A program made the position numbers and the translations under genes. Source: the human T2T-CHM13v2.0 reference genome, Homo sapiens. Taken from it: a DNA stretch of 64,000 nt. The DNA lies in assembly GCF_009914755.1 (NCBI RefSeq), contig NC_060941.1, one strand, 5' to 3'. Numbering within the stretch: the first letter of the stretch is position 1; every line of letters starts with the position of its first letter. This document shows positions 38,185-54,179 of this stretch, one piece after another. The notes beneath the pieces were generated by a model that searched no databases, was not told where the DNA came from, and saw only the letters and a list, made by a program, of their open reading frames with translations.

Positions 38185-40143
38185 ATCTGTATATCTCTGA
38201 GATATATAAGTGTAATAAATGGGCGATAATCAAGTGCTGGTTTTGGTCCTTAGGTTTCTCTGCCCTCCTGCTGCAGGAGAGGAGAATCTCTGTGTTTTCA
38301 GAGAGGTTCTCTGGCTTTCAAACTTAGTTTTCAATTGGAAGTTAATCAGCTTTTTTGTTTTTATCTTTTTTCTTTGAAATCAACATCTGGGAGTGAGGAG
38401 CACTGGGCAAATGCAGTGCAGGCCCAGCACCAGCTTTGGCCAACCCCCACGGGGAGCCTGGAGCGAGAATGGGAGCCTGGGACAAGAATGGCTCTTCTGA
38501 GTTGCCCAGAATTGCGGTGGCTGATGTGTCCAGGCCTTCATATTGCCATATCAATTAGTCATTTGATGTGGGTTATCTTGGGAAGGATATGACCTTGAAC
38601 AGGGTTGTTCCTTGTAGGTGAGGCAATCCCTGAAGGGGCTGACTGACAGCACTCCCAGCATTTAAGGTAAGTCCTTTTTTGAAGGAGGAACTGGGTAGCA
38701 CCTCAGTGTCTACCACGATTTCTCTGTATCCACCAAATGGCCAATTTGTTTTTGTTTTTTATTATCATTATTCATTCATGGATTTAAACATATATTTAGC
38801 AAACTTTCTGTTAAATTATGTGTATAGAAAAGGGCACAAATTGTAAATATACAGCTCAGTTAAATGTTCACAAAGTAAACACACCAGTGTAACCAGTATC
38901 CAGATCAAGAAATAAAACAATACTGTGAATCTAGGAGTCCTCCTCGTGTTTCCTTTCAGTCACTGTTTTCCAGGGATCTATCCTGACTTCTAAAATCATG
39001 GGATGAATTTAGCATGGTTTTGAAATTTATGTAACATCATACAATATGTCTTGTTCTGACTTCTGTCTGTCAGTATTGTATTTGTGAAATTAAGCTCACA
39101 ATTGTAAGTCATTCTCTTGCTGTATATTTTTTCATGGTATGACTATACCAGTTTTTAAAAACCATTTCTGCTATTAACATTTGGATTGTTCCAGTTGTTG
39201 GGAATTATAAAACATGCTGCTGTAAAACATTGTTGTGCATGTCTTTTGGTGAACATATATACATTTCTGTTGGGTATATATCTAGTGAAATTGCTGAATG
39301 TGTGTGTGTGTGTGTTCAGTTTTAGCAGATAATGCCAGTTTCCAAGGTAAGTACTGAGTTACATGCCTACTAGTAGCTCCTAAGATTTCCAGTTGCTGTA
39401 ATTTGCTCCTGTTTGTAGAAGACACAGCCTTCGAGGGCTTATCACTGAGACCTGTATTTACTAAGGTCTCCACTAGCAGATTCTGAACTCTTTTGTCCTC
39501 TCGAAGCTGCAAGGCTTTCAAATTCTGCTTTGCTTTTCAGAAGTTTTTAGTTTAGCCTTTTTACCCTCTTCCACTCACTGAGGCATTTGAGATTCCCTCA
39601 CGTCTTCAGTTTTGCCAATCTAGCCCTCAGTGAACACCAGAATCTCTGATGGTTTCTTCTTCCATTAGAGGTACATTGCCTGGGAAAAAAGCCTTATTTC
39701 TCAATCTGTTTTCCTGACCAGAATCTGCAAATGCCCCAGGGGAAAAGCAGCTGCAGAAGATCCCCTTACCTCATTATAGCTCACTCTTTTTGGAATCTTA
39801 GTGTTGCTAATCCCTATTCCTTCAGTAGCTCTCTGAATTCTTCAAACAGGTGATTTTTATATTTCATCTTTTGTTAGAAATTAAGTTTGTGGTGGGAGCT
39901 ATTGTTTTGCAGTAAATTATTCTATCCTACATGGAAACAGTAGTATGGATTTAAATATATTTAATATGTTTCAATAAATTGCCATCCTTAAGTGTTCAAA
40001 TTATTACACTTTTGGCCAGTGGGGGCCTCTTTAAAATTCATTCCTAACCATTTTTGGCTTGACCGTTATTAGTCAGTGCTGCTATCTGGTATGACAAGAT
40101 GTTCCGGGGTCATTATGTCTTTTTTTTTTTTTTTTTCCTCCAG

Positions 40144-40217
40144 ACATAGAAGCAGCCATTTCCTAAAGGAGTCCAGATTCCTTTTACTGGGAAATGGTCG
40201 TTCAAGATTACAACTGA
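40144..40217 (+). other. latent 74-nt pseudoexon in intron 1
   Basis: Long T tract + cctccAG (40142-40143); weak donor TGA|GTGAGG at 40218; starts ACA TAG. Confidence 0.6.
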
Positions 40218-41002
40218 GTGAGGATTACTATGGGATTGGTCATTAGTCATTACTATGGGATTGGTCATTGTTTCTAGGCATTTTCATTGGACAGAAATAG
40301 AAATATGTTTTTTAAAGTACAAAATAAAATATCTTGACTTCATATAGATACTTCTATTTCAAATTCAAGACTACATTTCTTTACTTTACCATTACTTTTA
40401 TTTCCCATGCTGAAAGTCTTGGGTTTTTAGAGGCACTAGGAGTCATAGAATTAAAATACCACAGAATTATTTAGTTCCTCTCTTTATACCATTAAATAAT
40501 TAGATACATTTATACCATTAAAGAATTAGATACAGTTTTCAGTTGATTTGTTTATTTTTGATTTCTAGACTTCTTAAAATTTTAATTTTATGTTTATGTA
40601 AGTTACGTAGTTCTAAAATGAAATCTACAAAAACAATATGTATTCCATATAGAATATGGATTCTATCCTTTTCACTTCTACTTTCTTTTCATTTCCTAAA
40701 GGCAACCACTAATTTTTTTGAGCATTTCATTCTTCTACTGTTTTGTTTTGTTTCTTAATATAAGAAACATATATTTCTATCTCCTCCCTCTTCTTAGATG
40801 AATGGAACATACTGTGTGTATTTTCTCCATCTTGTTTTTTTTTTAACTTAAGATGTGTCCTGGAGATTATTCTATCATTTAATGAATTTGGATTCATTTT
40901 TTGGTTTTACGTTACATTTTATACATGTCTTTTATTTAAGTGTCACTGTGTTCATGTTATTTGCTCTTTCAGCATATATAAATATATACACTTATATACA
41001 TG

Positions 41003-41008
41003 TACACA

Positions 41009-41040
<32 letters not shown>
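41003..41040. repeat. interrupted (CA)n at Alu tail
   Basis: Direct reading. Confidence 0.85.
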
Positions 41041-41266
41041 TTTTTTGAGACAGAGTCTTGCTCTGTTGCCCAGGCTGGAGTGCAGTGGGGCTTAGCTCAC
41101 TGCAGCCTCTGCCCCCTGGGTTGAAGCAATTATCATGCCTCAGCCTCCCAAGTAGCTGGGATTATAGGCACGCGCCACCATGGTCAACTAATTTTTTTGT
41201 ATTTTAGTAGAGATGGAGTTTCAGCATGTTGGCCAGGCTGGTCTCGATTGCCTGCCTTGGCCTCAG
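41041..41266 (-). mobile_element. truncated Alu
   Basis: Right arm plus partial left arm. Confidence 0.85.
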
Positions 41267-41805
41267 CATATATTTTTGTATTTAGAAAGATTTATTCAGA
41301 CCAGCGTTCATACTGTGTAATGATAAGGAATTTATTGTAGAAATTAGATTGTATACAGTTTTGAGGGGACTAAGTGAGGTGAGTATCTGGAATGGGGAAT
41401 TGGAGGATCAGAGGAGTCCACTAACCAGATCGTCCAAATCAATGACAATGGGTAGATAAGTTGGAGCTGTTGGGGAAATCTGAGAAGTCAAATATATCCA
41501 GCCACTGAAGTGAGATTATGAAGGAGGAGCTTGAGGAGGGCACTGTGGGAAGCTCTTGCCATGTAAGGTTTGTCTTACAAAGCCCTGTAGGTTTGCACCC
41601 AAGCATCTGGTGGTAGGTTTGGGCTAGTATTGGTCAGCAAAGTGACCACTGGTCCAAAGAAAGAGCTGGACATGGAGTGAAAGAGAGAGAGAGTAAAAGC
41701 TGGAACTTTCTGGGTGCCTCTGTATCTGTCTCTCATTGTATGTTACTGTGAAACCTTCAGAATAATAGCTGCTGCTTCGCTTCCACATTTCAAACAAATT
41801 TTATA

Positions 41806-42015
41806 CAGGTCGAGTATCCCGTATCTGAAATGCTTGGGACCAGAAGTGTTTTGGATTTCACATATTTTTGGGTTCTAGAATATTTGCCTTTTACTCACCG
41901 TGATCATCCCTAATCTGAAATGAGCATTTCCTTTGAGAGTCATGTTGTTGATCAACAAGTTTGGATTTTAGAGTGTTGTAGGTTTCAGATTTTTCAATTA
42001 GGGATAGACAGCCTG
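41806..42015. mobile_element. Tigger4/MER46-type MITE
   Basis: TA-flanked imperfect TIRs caggtcgagtatccc / gggatagacagcctg. Confidence 0.75.
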
Positions 42016-42456
42016 TACAAATTACCCTTTAGACCAACTCTAACCAGAACCATATAGTGAGTGGGATCTGGGAAAGTAGTTCCCAGCTTAACAGTTAACA
42101 CACCACGCACCACCAGTACAATTTGTGTTTTTGTTCTGGTGGTTACCATTATATTAATACCTTTATATGGTATTCTAATTTCCTTCTCTTTTGGGGTGGA
42201 GGGGTATTATGTGTTGGTTTTTTACTCTGAGCAATATTGAAATGAACTAGAAACCTCCTTTCCTCATCTCCTTTTTCCCTAGCATTTTACTCTCAGTTAA
42301 TAACAAGACAATCAAGAAACATATTCTACTATTTATATGCTCTCACCACCCTCCCTCTCCTCATTTTGATAATTGTATTGTATCTATATTATCAAGTACA
42401 TAAAGCAGTCACCTAATATACTTTCTCCCTTATTGCCACCATTCTCAGTTCTTTTA

Positions 42457-42785
<329 letters not shown>

Positions 42786-42788
42786 ATA

Positions 42789-43090
42789 CAGTGATGCTCC
42801 ACATAATGACATTTTGGTCAGTGATGGACTGCATATGTAATGGGAGTCCCTCAGTATTATAATATGGTATCATTACCTTTTCTATGTTTAGATACACAAA
42901 CACCATGTGTTCAAGTTGCCAAGAGTATTCAGTACAATAACATGCTGTACAGTTTTGTACCCTGTATACCATATAGCCTAGAGGTGTGGCAGGCTATACT
43001 ATCTAGGATTGTATAAGTACACTCTGTGATGTTCACATGACAGTGGAATCATGTAAGGACACATTTCTCAGAACATACCCCATCACTAAA
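42789..43090. mobile_element. Tigger3/MER7-type element
   Basis: cacataatgacattttggtcagtgatggactgcatatg...cacatttctcagaacataccccatc. Confidence 0.7.
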
Positions 43091-43237
43091 TATATTTAAT
43101 GATTCCTATTAATGTGGATGTCTTTCCAATTATTCTGGTCATCTGAAGCATATTCTCTAGTATATTCTCCAGGAAAAGGAAAAGGGAACAAAATTTCCAG
43201 GGTTCTTGCCGTTTAGCACAGTTTGTCATTGCTATAA

Positions 43238-43560
43238 AATTGTCTCTCAGTATCTGGGACATTGGTTCCAGGAACCTCCATGGACGGTGAAATCTGTAGA
43301 TGCTCAAGTCCCTGATATGAAATGGTGTGGTATTTGCATATAGCCTACACACATCCTCCTGTGTACTTTAAATCATCCCTTGATTACTGATAATACTTAA
43401 TACAATGTAATACTATATAAATAGTTGTTATACACTATTATTTAGGGAATAATGACGAAAAGTCTGTACCTGTTCAGTACAGACATACTAAAATTTATTT
43501 TTTGATCTGCAGTTTGTTGAATGCATAGATGGAGAACTCATGGATTCAGAGGGCTGACTG
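43238..43560. mobile_element. MER2 (Tigger)
   Basis: attggttccagga...gatgctcaagtccctgatatgaaatggtgtggtatttgcatat...gagggctgactg|ta. Confidence 0.8.
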
Positions 43561-43610
43561 TATTTGAATTCAGTTTGGCTAGATATAAAATCCTTGGTTT
43601 ATGTTTTCTT

Positions 43611-43805
43611 CTTTTTTTAATTATACTTTAAGTTCTAGGGTACATGTGCACAATGTGCAGGTTTGTTACATATGTATACATGTGCCATGTTGGTGTGCTG
43701 CACCCATTAACTCGTCATTTACATTAGGTATATCTCCTAATGCTATTCCTCCCCCCTCCCCCTACCCCACGACAGGCCCCGGTGTGTGATGTTCCCCTTC
43801 CTGTG
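43611..43805 (-). mobile_element. ~195 bp L1PA (L1PA4/5-like) 3' fragment with 16-bp TSD
   Basis: TSD tggtttatgttttctt at 43595-43610 and 43806-43821; ttatactttaagttctagggtacatgtgcac. Confidence 0.9.
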
Positions 43806-44885
43806 TGGTTTATGTTTTCTTTAAATATCTTAAATTTATTTTACTTTATTGTTTTCTGACATAAAATTTTGTCAAAGTCTGATGAGAGTCTAATTTTTGG
43901 GGTTTTTTTTGTATAAATAATGTCCTCTTTCTGCCTGTAAGTTCAAAAGATTTTTTTTTTCTTGTTCACGGAAGTTCAAAATATGTTAAGGTATTGGTCA
44001 TTCTGGGTCACTTTTCCAGGTGTGTGGTATGCACATTAAAGATACAGTTTCAAGTTTTTAAAAATTTCAATAATAATTTCAGCAAAGTTTTCTTGAATTC
44101 TAGTTTCTAATATCCACTTTATTCCATTGGTTTGGTTTCTTTCTTTGGTGACTCCTGTTATATGTATGTTGAATCTTCTTTTTCTATCTTTTTTTGTCAC
44201 TTTATTGTAAATTTTTATTATCTCGTATGTAATTTCTTTTTTATATTACAACTTTCCTCCTTAGTCCCCCCTTTTTTTTCAACATTTGTTTACTCTTAAA
44301 GCATTATCTTCTGTGTTAATTTACTCTTATGTATCTTCTGGTTAGTTTTCATTTCTGAAATGATTTATCTTCTAATTCTTTCTTGAGTTCTGTCAACTTA
44401 TTTCTATCTGTAATTCTTATTTGTGTTATTCCACATCTTTTGTCATTTTCTTAATTTCTCTTGGCTCACTTTGAAATAATAATTTACAGTTTTCATCTGT
44501 TGGTGGATATGTCTTTTTGGAAACTTTGATTTTCTGTTGTTTAGACCCTTATTTTTATGTTTTTCTGTTTCTTACTCCTTTTTCTTAATAATAACTTTAC
44601 ATATTATTTGACCATAGAACTTTTCTGTTGGCTTATTTTTATGTGAAATTAATTTTTCTGAATTGGTAGGAGGGATTTGTAGGCCAGGATAGCTTTGTAG
44701 CTTTATGTCTCTAGAGCTTATTCTTTTTTTACTTTCATGAAATAAAAAAAAAATGGTCTCATTCTTTCAGAGATCTCTTGTTCATCTCTCTCTTTTTCAT
44801 TTTTATTTGGACCTTTTTCCTTTTCTCCCTTTACCCCTGTTTTCAGTTTGGAGTTCATTCTCAGCAGTTTCTTCTCAGTGTGGGC

Positions 44886-45122
44886 TAGAACTGTGCTGTC
44901 CAGTCAGATCTAATAATTACATGTGTGGCTACTTAAAGCTAAATTTAAATAAACTTTATTTAATAATAACTTAAATAAACTTTAAACTTTTGATTTCTTG
45001 TTTATACCAGCTATGTTACAAGTGGTTAATAGCTACATGTGACGACTAGTGGCTGTTGTATTGGGCATTGCCCATGTAGAGCACTATCATTACCACAGCA
45101 AATCCTATTAGACAGTGATGCT
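44886..45122. mobile_element. MER3/MER33-type hAT element
   Basis: ctagaactgtgctgtcca...tagctacatgtg..ctagtggct...ctattagacagtgatgct. Confidence 0.6.
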
Positions 45123-45349
45123 TTTGAGTGTGCTCCATTCTCTTGAGACTTTTATCATAGGCCTTTTTCATTCATCTGCAAATTGCAATGAGCATAACTA
45201 CCCTCTGTTTTGGCTAATATTCCTAAATTGGGCTGCTGTGCTTTTTATTAAGGATGCAGTACATTGGGAATCTCCTCTTGTCAGATCCATTAGACATTCT
45301 CCTTCCACCTGCTTTCTCTTGCATAGATGCTTATACCACATTAGTATTT

Positions 45350-46749
<1,400 letters not shown>

Positions 46750-47704
46750 TATTTAGTATTTCTTTACTATCAAAATAATCGTCCATTATTAACTGATTTA
46801 GCAAACTTGGGCATGCCCCTCGGTCTCTTTCCACCTTTAGTTGTACTATGTTAAAAATGAGAAAGTTATATTCAGGTTTGTTTTTTTCACAGAGGAACAT
46901 TGCTAGGTTTCTCTGTTAGCATTAGCAGGGTTTAATATTAACAGTAAGTATGTCCATGATGCTTTAAATACAGAATGCTATTTTTGAGCAGAGTAGAGAT
47001 GAACTTCTAGACAGTGGAACTTAACTCATTCACAGAGAAATGTAAATGTGGTCTTCTCATAGAATATTTTTTCTCATGGGATTTATCTGCTTGTGTTCTG
47101 TTATCCCTTCAATTGTGTAGCTGAGGGTGCTTATCTTACTGAGTGAGTCTTACTGTTTTTTCCCCAGGTTTTATAGTTTGTTCTTGCTTCTGAACAATCA
47201 GCAGTTGTTTGCCATTATTGACAAGAAGTCTAGGGCATAGATTTTCTTGATCTGTTTTTCTTTTAATGTTTGAGTTCAATGGATAAGGGAAACGGTTGTA
47301 TGCATTTTATTGCAGACATTCTCTGAAATAATTTTTAGCCACAAGCAAATAGCTCTGTTTCTGTGAGTCATCATTTCTTCTTATATAGTGCTGGATAAAG
47401 AATTTTATTTTGTAGATAGAGATTTATGACTTCCAGAAAGAAAGCTGCAAAAATGGAAGTTTCCAAAGAATTTAAGATTTGCTATAATAAATGCTATCAT
47501 ATATTGGTGTTTGAGATGCAAATGTACATATCTGTGTATCATATATTGGAGGTTGATTGAAAATCGGAGTTTGAGATGCAAATATAGGTATCTGTGGTTG
47601 ATGCAGTTTTCCTAAAACGTCATGATTTTCAATGGCAAGTAAGTTATTTATGGTCGTTTTTAAGGATAAGCTGTTAACGTGTTTTTTTTTTCTTTTTTTT
47701 TCAG

Positions 47705-47848
47705 CTTCCAATAAAAACAGGACAGCAGAACACACATACCAAAGTCAGTACTGAGCACAACAAGGAATGTCTAATCAATATTTCCAAATACAAGTTTTCT
47801 TTGGTTATAAGCGGCCTCACTACTATTTTAAAGAATGTTAACAATATG
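47705..47848 (+). CDS. NF1: neurofibromin exon 2 (144 nt, phase 0/0)
   Basis: Poly-T tract + tcAG acceptor at 47703-47704; reads LPIKTGQQNTHTKVSTEHNKECLINISKYKFSLVISGLTTILKNVNNM; donor ATG|GTGAGT. Confidence 0.98.
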
Positions 47849-48684
47849 GTGAGTATTTGGGTTACTGTGTTTTGGGGAATTTGCTTTCTTTTCTTTTTGA
47901 TTAAAAAGTTTAGAACAGCATATTTTGAAGTATGGAAAGTGATTTTCTGTGGACTTTGGATATAACCATTAATCTTATTTTGTTTACGAGCACAGATAAC
48001 CTTTTAATTTTATTTTGTCAAATTTTTAATCAGCTGGGTTTTAGATTCAGTGAGCACAAGTAACTGTAACTTTCATTTTAATTTATTATTTCCCTTAGAA
48101 ACATCTCCTATCTTTTGTGACCATGTCTCCTTTTCCAGTATGTTTCTTGAATTAGGATTTCATAGAGCTTTTGTGGCCTACACGAATTGACCACAGTAAT
48201 CCATTACACATATTTTTCTTTAGCATCTTGTTTGAATTTACTTACGGTTGTCCCAGCCCTAAGTAGATGATAAAATATGATCTCATAGTCCTAAAATGTG
48301 GATTGATTTTTTTATGAAGATATGTGTTTTTTCTTCCTTCTGTAACCTGTGACAGATTCTGTAGTAGTTACCCTGTTGTTGAAACAGTTTTTCTCAAATA
48401 CCAGTTTCATCAAATAATTCCACTGTTAAAAGCTCATAATTTCTTTCTTCTTCCCATTTTCTAAAATCGATTGACGTTTCCTAGACTTCAGAGTACTCCA
48501 GCTGTCCTCCCTCTGTACCTTTGAACATATAACATCTTTTGTCTTTCTCAAGTGATCCCTTCCTCTCTCTAAATTCCTATTTAACATCTCCATTCTAAGC
48601 TGTTTCAAACTAACATACTCAGTTCATGGCAACTGATCTGGATTTTTCTTGATTAACTCTGAACTCTCTGCTGGTGTTTAGCAT

Positions 48685-49010
<326 letters not shown>

Positions 49011-49214
49011 TGCATTTATAATCCCAGTTTGTATTTGTTTGTATTGAGTTGTGAAACAACTTCTGGTTATAGATTGTGAAGATTGTTCCCCCTTCCTTTT
49101 TTTTGAGATGGTCCTTAGGTTTATTAGATAATATTCTAGTATGACATTGAAAAGACATGAAGTTACCTTTTTGCCTTATTCCCATATTTTAGATAATTTT
49201 TCTCTTGTTCTATT

Positions 49215-49915
49215 TTATTTTTAACTGGCATACAATAATTGTACATGTTTATGGGTACATATTGATGTTTCAATACATATAATACATAGTGATCCCACTA
49301 GGGTAATTAGCATATCCATCATCTCAATATTTATCATTTCTTTGTGTTGGGAATATTGAATATTCTCTTGTTATTTGAAACTATATAATGTTAACTGTAG
49401 GCCAGGCATGGTGGCTCACGCCTGTAATCCCAGCACTTTGGGAGGCCAAGACGGGCGGATCACGAGGTCAGGAGATCAAGACCATCCTGTCTAACATGGT
49501 GAAACCCCGTCTCTACTAAAAAAAAAAAAAAAAAAAAACTTAGCGGGGTGTGGCGGCATGTGCCTGTAGTCCCAGCTACTCAGGAGGCTGAGACAGGAGA
49601 ATGGCGTGAACCCGGGAGGCGGAGCTTGTAGTGAGCCAGGATGCGCCACTGCACTCCAGCCTGGGTGACAGAGTGAGACTCCGTCTCAAAAAAAAAAAGT
49701 TAACTATATAATGTTAACATAGTCATTCTACAGTAGTACAGAACACTAAGTCTTATTCTTCCTATAAAGCTATATTTCTGTATCCTTTAACAAATCTCTA
49801 CCCACCCCGATTCTCCCTACCCGACCCTTCTTACCTCTAGTGTCCTCTCTTCTACTTTTTACTCTTTTTAGCTTCCACATATGAGTGAGAGCATGTGGTG
49901 TTTAACTTTTTGTTC
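49215..49915 (-). mobile_element. L1MA-type 3' end interrupted by AluY
   Basis: tacaataattgtacatgtttatgggtacat...ttagcttccacatatgagtgagagcatg. Confidence 0.75.
49400..49698 (+). mobile_element. AluY
   Basis: TSD gttaact. Confidence 0.92.
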
Positions 49916-50732
49916 GCATCATCCTTGGTGTGTTTCCTTTTAAGAAAGTTGCTTACACAATACCCTAAACTTACAAAACTAATAAACTGGAGGTGTAGAA
50001 AATCATTTACCTTCTTTATGGAAAAAATTAGTATTTTCCCCCCAAAAGCAGGACCATTTATAAATAGGTAAAGAGATTTACGGAAAGACATTTAACATTT
50101 TTTGTAGCTCCTCTGTTGCAGTGTGTGGGGCACAGTTTAGTATTTGCACATATGAATATGTGGCTGTGTTCCCAGTTATATTGAAATATTTTAATATTTG
50201 GGACCCTCTTTTCAAAACAAAACAGCATTGTTATATTGGCGTTCATTTAGTGCTTATTAAATAAGTTTTCAAAACCATAGTCTCTTGTTAATAAATACAT
50301 ATGTAGTATTCATTTTGAGGATAGTGAGTACTTAAAATTCACTGTGGTGCTATAGCATGTTTTTGCTATAAAAATTAAGACTTTGATCATTTCGTGGCAT
50401 AAAAGTATAGTTAAATCCCCAATTCAAGATTCTGGTACAGGTCTATATGTGTGTCTAAATCCTACATATTTTTAAAGCATGAAGCAAAACAGCATCTTTT
50501 ACTGTTACAAGGTTAATGGCAGACTCTAATAAATGCCATTTCTGTTTGCCTTAGACTTTAGTTTTTATGAGGATTAGGATAAAATCAGAAATAATATATT
50601 TAAGTATAGTATAATCTGGGAGGTAAAATGGAAGACTATTGTTGATCTTTTAGTCTTTCACTTTTCAGATGTGTGTTGATTGGTAGCAGAAAGTGAAACT
50701 AACTTTTATGTTCTGAATATCTTTTCTGTTAG

Positions 50733-50816
50733 AGAATATTTGGAGAAGCTGCTGAAAAAAATTTATATCTCTCTCAGTTGATTATATTGGATACACTGGA
50801 AAAATGTCTTGCTGGG
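50733..50816 (+). CDS. NF1: neurofibromin exon 3 (84 nt, phase 0/0)
   Basis: cttttctgttAG acceptor; reads RIFGEAAEKNLYLSQLIILDTLEKCLAG; donor GGG|GTAAGT. Confidence 0.98.
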
Positions 50817-51728
50817 GTAAGTAAATTGATCTTAAGTAGGCAGGCTTTGTGAATTTAATCTTGAGAATGATCTTATGTCCCAAAGTACAGATGTGGACCA
50901 AGAGGACAGTCCTATGGACTTTTGTCTGAGACATATAAATATGAGTTTTGTTAATATAGCTGACCTGGTGACAGACAATTTTTCATGAGAAAATTTTCTC
51001 ATCTTTTGTAAATTAAACAGATATTAAGTTTACTTATAAAATGTTATGTTTCAGCCACGTATCTGTCTCTCAGGTTTTTAGGAAAATATTTTATGAAGAG
51101 ATCACTATTTGATTTAACGGATCTCTCAGAGAGTTGTGGGAGAGTGCGATTCAGAAGTCCAAGAGTAATCTTGTATTTCCTCCTATATGAATATGATTTT
51201 AATATTCTACTTTTGAAATTTATGTAAATGAGAACTTAAAAATTAAACCTATTAAGGATAGATGTTACCTTGAGAACACTTGTTTTATGTAGACACACAA
51301 ATATGCGATAGGTATGTGGAGGAGGAGAGTACCAAACAATTATTTCTCTGGTTTCCTGTAAGTTGTTACCACAGTGTATTTCAACCATGACTTAATTTGA
51401 ACTTTTTCAAGAGTATTTCTATTGTGTAAAGAAAGTATTTCTATACATCATTATCCTTAATTCTTCCTGGAACATGGTAAGAGTTTATATAAATATATAA
51501 ATTAAATACCTCTGTTTTAATGATCTGCCTAATCCATGTGTATTGAAATTAACTCATTTCTTATGTTCTCTCTTCCTTTGGCTCAGAATTCAGAATTTTG
51601 TTTTGATTCAGAATTGCTTCCCTCTTCACATATGTTGCAGTTCTCTATAGTGAAACTAGTTGAAAGAGACCTTAATATATGAGGACTGATAGTGTGGTTG
51701 AGAAGTGTTGGTGGAAGCATTGGGGTAG

Positions 51729-52110
<382 letters not shown>

Positions 52111-52732
52111 TAAGCATAATATTTTAAATTTTCTTATTGACCGTTGACCATATTCCAAAATTGTGGAGACAGTGTTTATAAGTTTTCTACTTAAAATCGA
52201 AGGTGAGCTAGTTGTTTTAGCATGGTATTTTCCGTTAACTTGTGATATGCTATTGTTCATGTGTAAAATGGAGTGAAAGAGCAAAAGAGCTGTTACATAG
52301 GATGATGGAACTGGGAAGATGGGCAAATTTTAAACTTTTCTTGAATCAGTTTTTTCCAGTGGTCTTATTACTTTGACTGCAAATTACCAGTATATCAGCC
52401 ACACCCATGACTGAATGGTGGGGCGTGGGGTCATATATTGCCTTGTTCAGTTTCACAGCTTTTCTCCATTAACATTTGTAATTGAGAGGTAATAATGAAT
52501 GTATTTTGGAGAATGATTACCGATATTATTGGCCTCTGTTTGATTTAATACTCTTTGAAGATAGCCTAATTGAAATGCTAATAAGTGGGCCTAGTATAAC
52601 TTATGTAATGCATAAAATGTATATTATCTTGCCGTGCTCTACTGTTGAAAAATGTGTATGCTTTTTCATTAAATTTACTATTTAAAAAGTAATGCTATTT
52701 ATATTATTGAACAATTGTTTTATTTCCTTCAG

Positions 52733-52840
52733 TGATTTTACAGATGTTTCTTGATTCTTACTTTTAAATCAAAGTAAATTGAGGCAGTTTAAGAAGAACG
52801 GAGCTCACAAGTATACGTTTGTTATACATAGTTGGAATAT
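52733..52840 (+). other. latent 108-nt pseudoexon in intron 3
   Basis: Acceptor ttttatttccttcAG; followed at 52841 by TTAAGT, one T>G from GTAAGT. First in-frame codon is TGA. Confidence 0.65.
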
Positions 52841-53458
52841 TTAAGTGAAAGAAAAATACTTACCAATATGTTATGAGTGCAATTTTGTAGAATTTGAGGA
52901 ATCTTAAGTATTTTTGTTCCTGTGAATATGACTATTATTTAAAAGATTTAATACTTCTTAGATTTTTATTTGTTAGAGTTAACATCTGTATTGTTTGGTT
53001 AGCCTATAAACAAGAAATAGGCATTGTAATGTGAATTCACAGGTTTTTGTGAAGTCTGTTTATGTACTGTCCCTATGTTTCAGTGTATTTGCATCTGAGA
53101 GTGCTTGGATTGCAGTTACAGAATTGAGCGTAGCATACAATTGTACACATTTTTGTTCTTTGCCATCTTGCTCAGTGTTATTAAAATTCTTATCCGCATG
53201 TAGTTATCAAGACTGTTAGGTGAAATAGTAATGTGGAACAGCATACCTACAGGATAGCTTATCCATTGATTGTGTGTTAATTGTAAAGTATATATTTACA
53301 AAGTAGAGATTTCACTGTTAACACCGAAGTTATCAAACTTGGTGTCAATAACAGGACCACCTGGCCTTATGTTCTCATGGTGTGATGTAATATAACCTAT
53401 AGTGAATCCCCTAAACTGTTTAACCTCAATCTAATCAGACCATTAGGTTTAAATTTTA

Positions 53459-54179
<721 letters not shown>

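Noticed and set aside
50731-50734. Tandem AGAG at the exon 3 acceptor
   Set aside because: The second AG would frameshift by 2 nt; no evidence of use.
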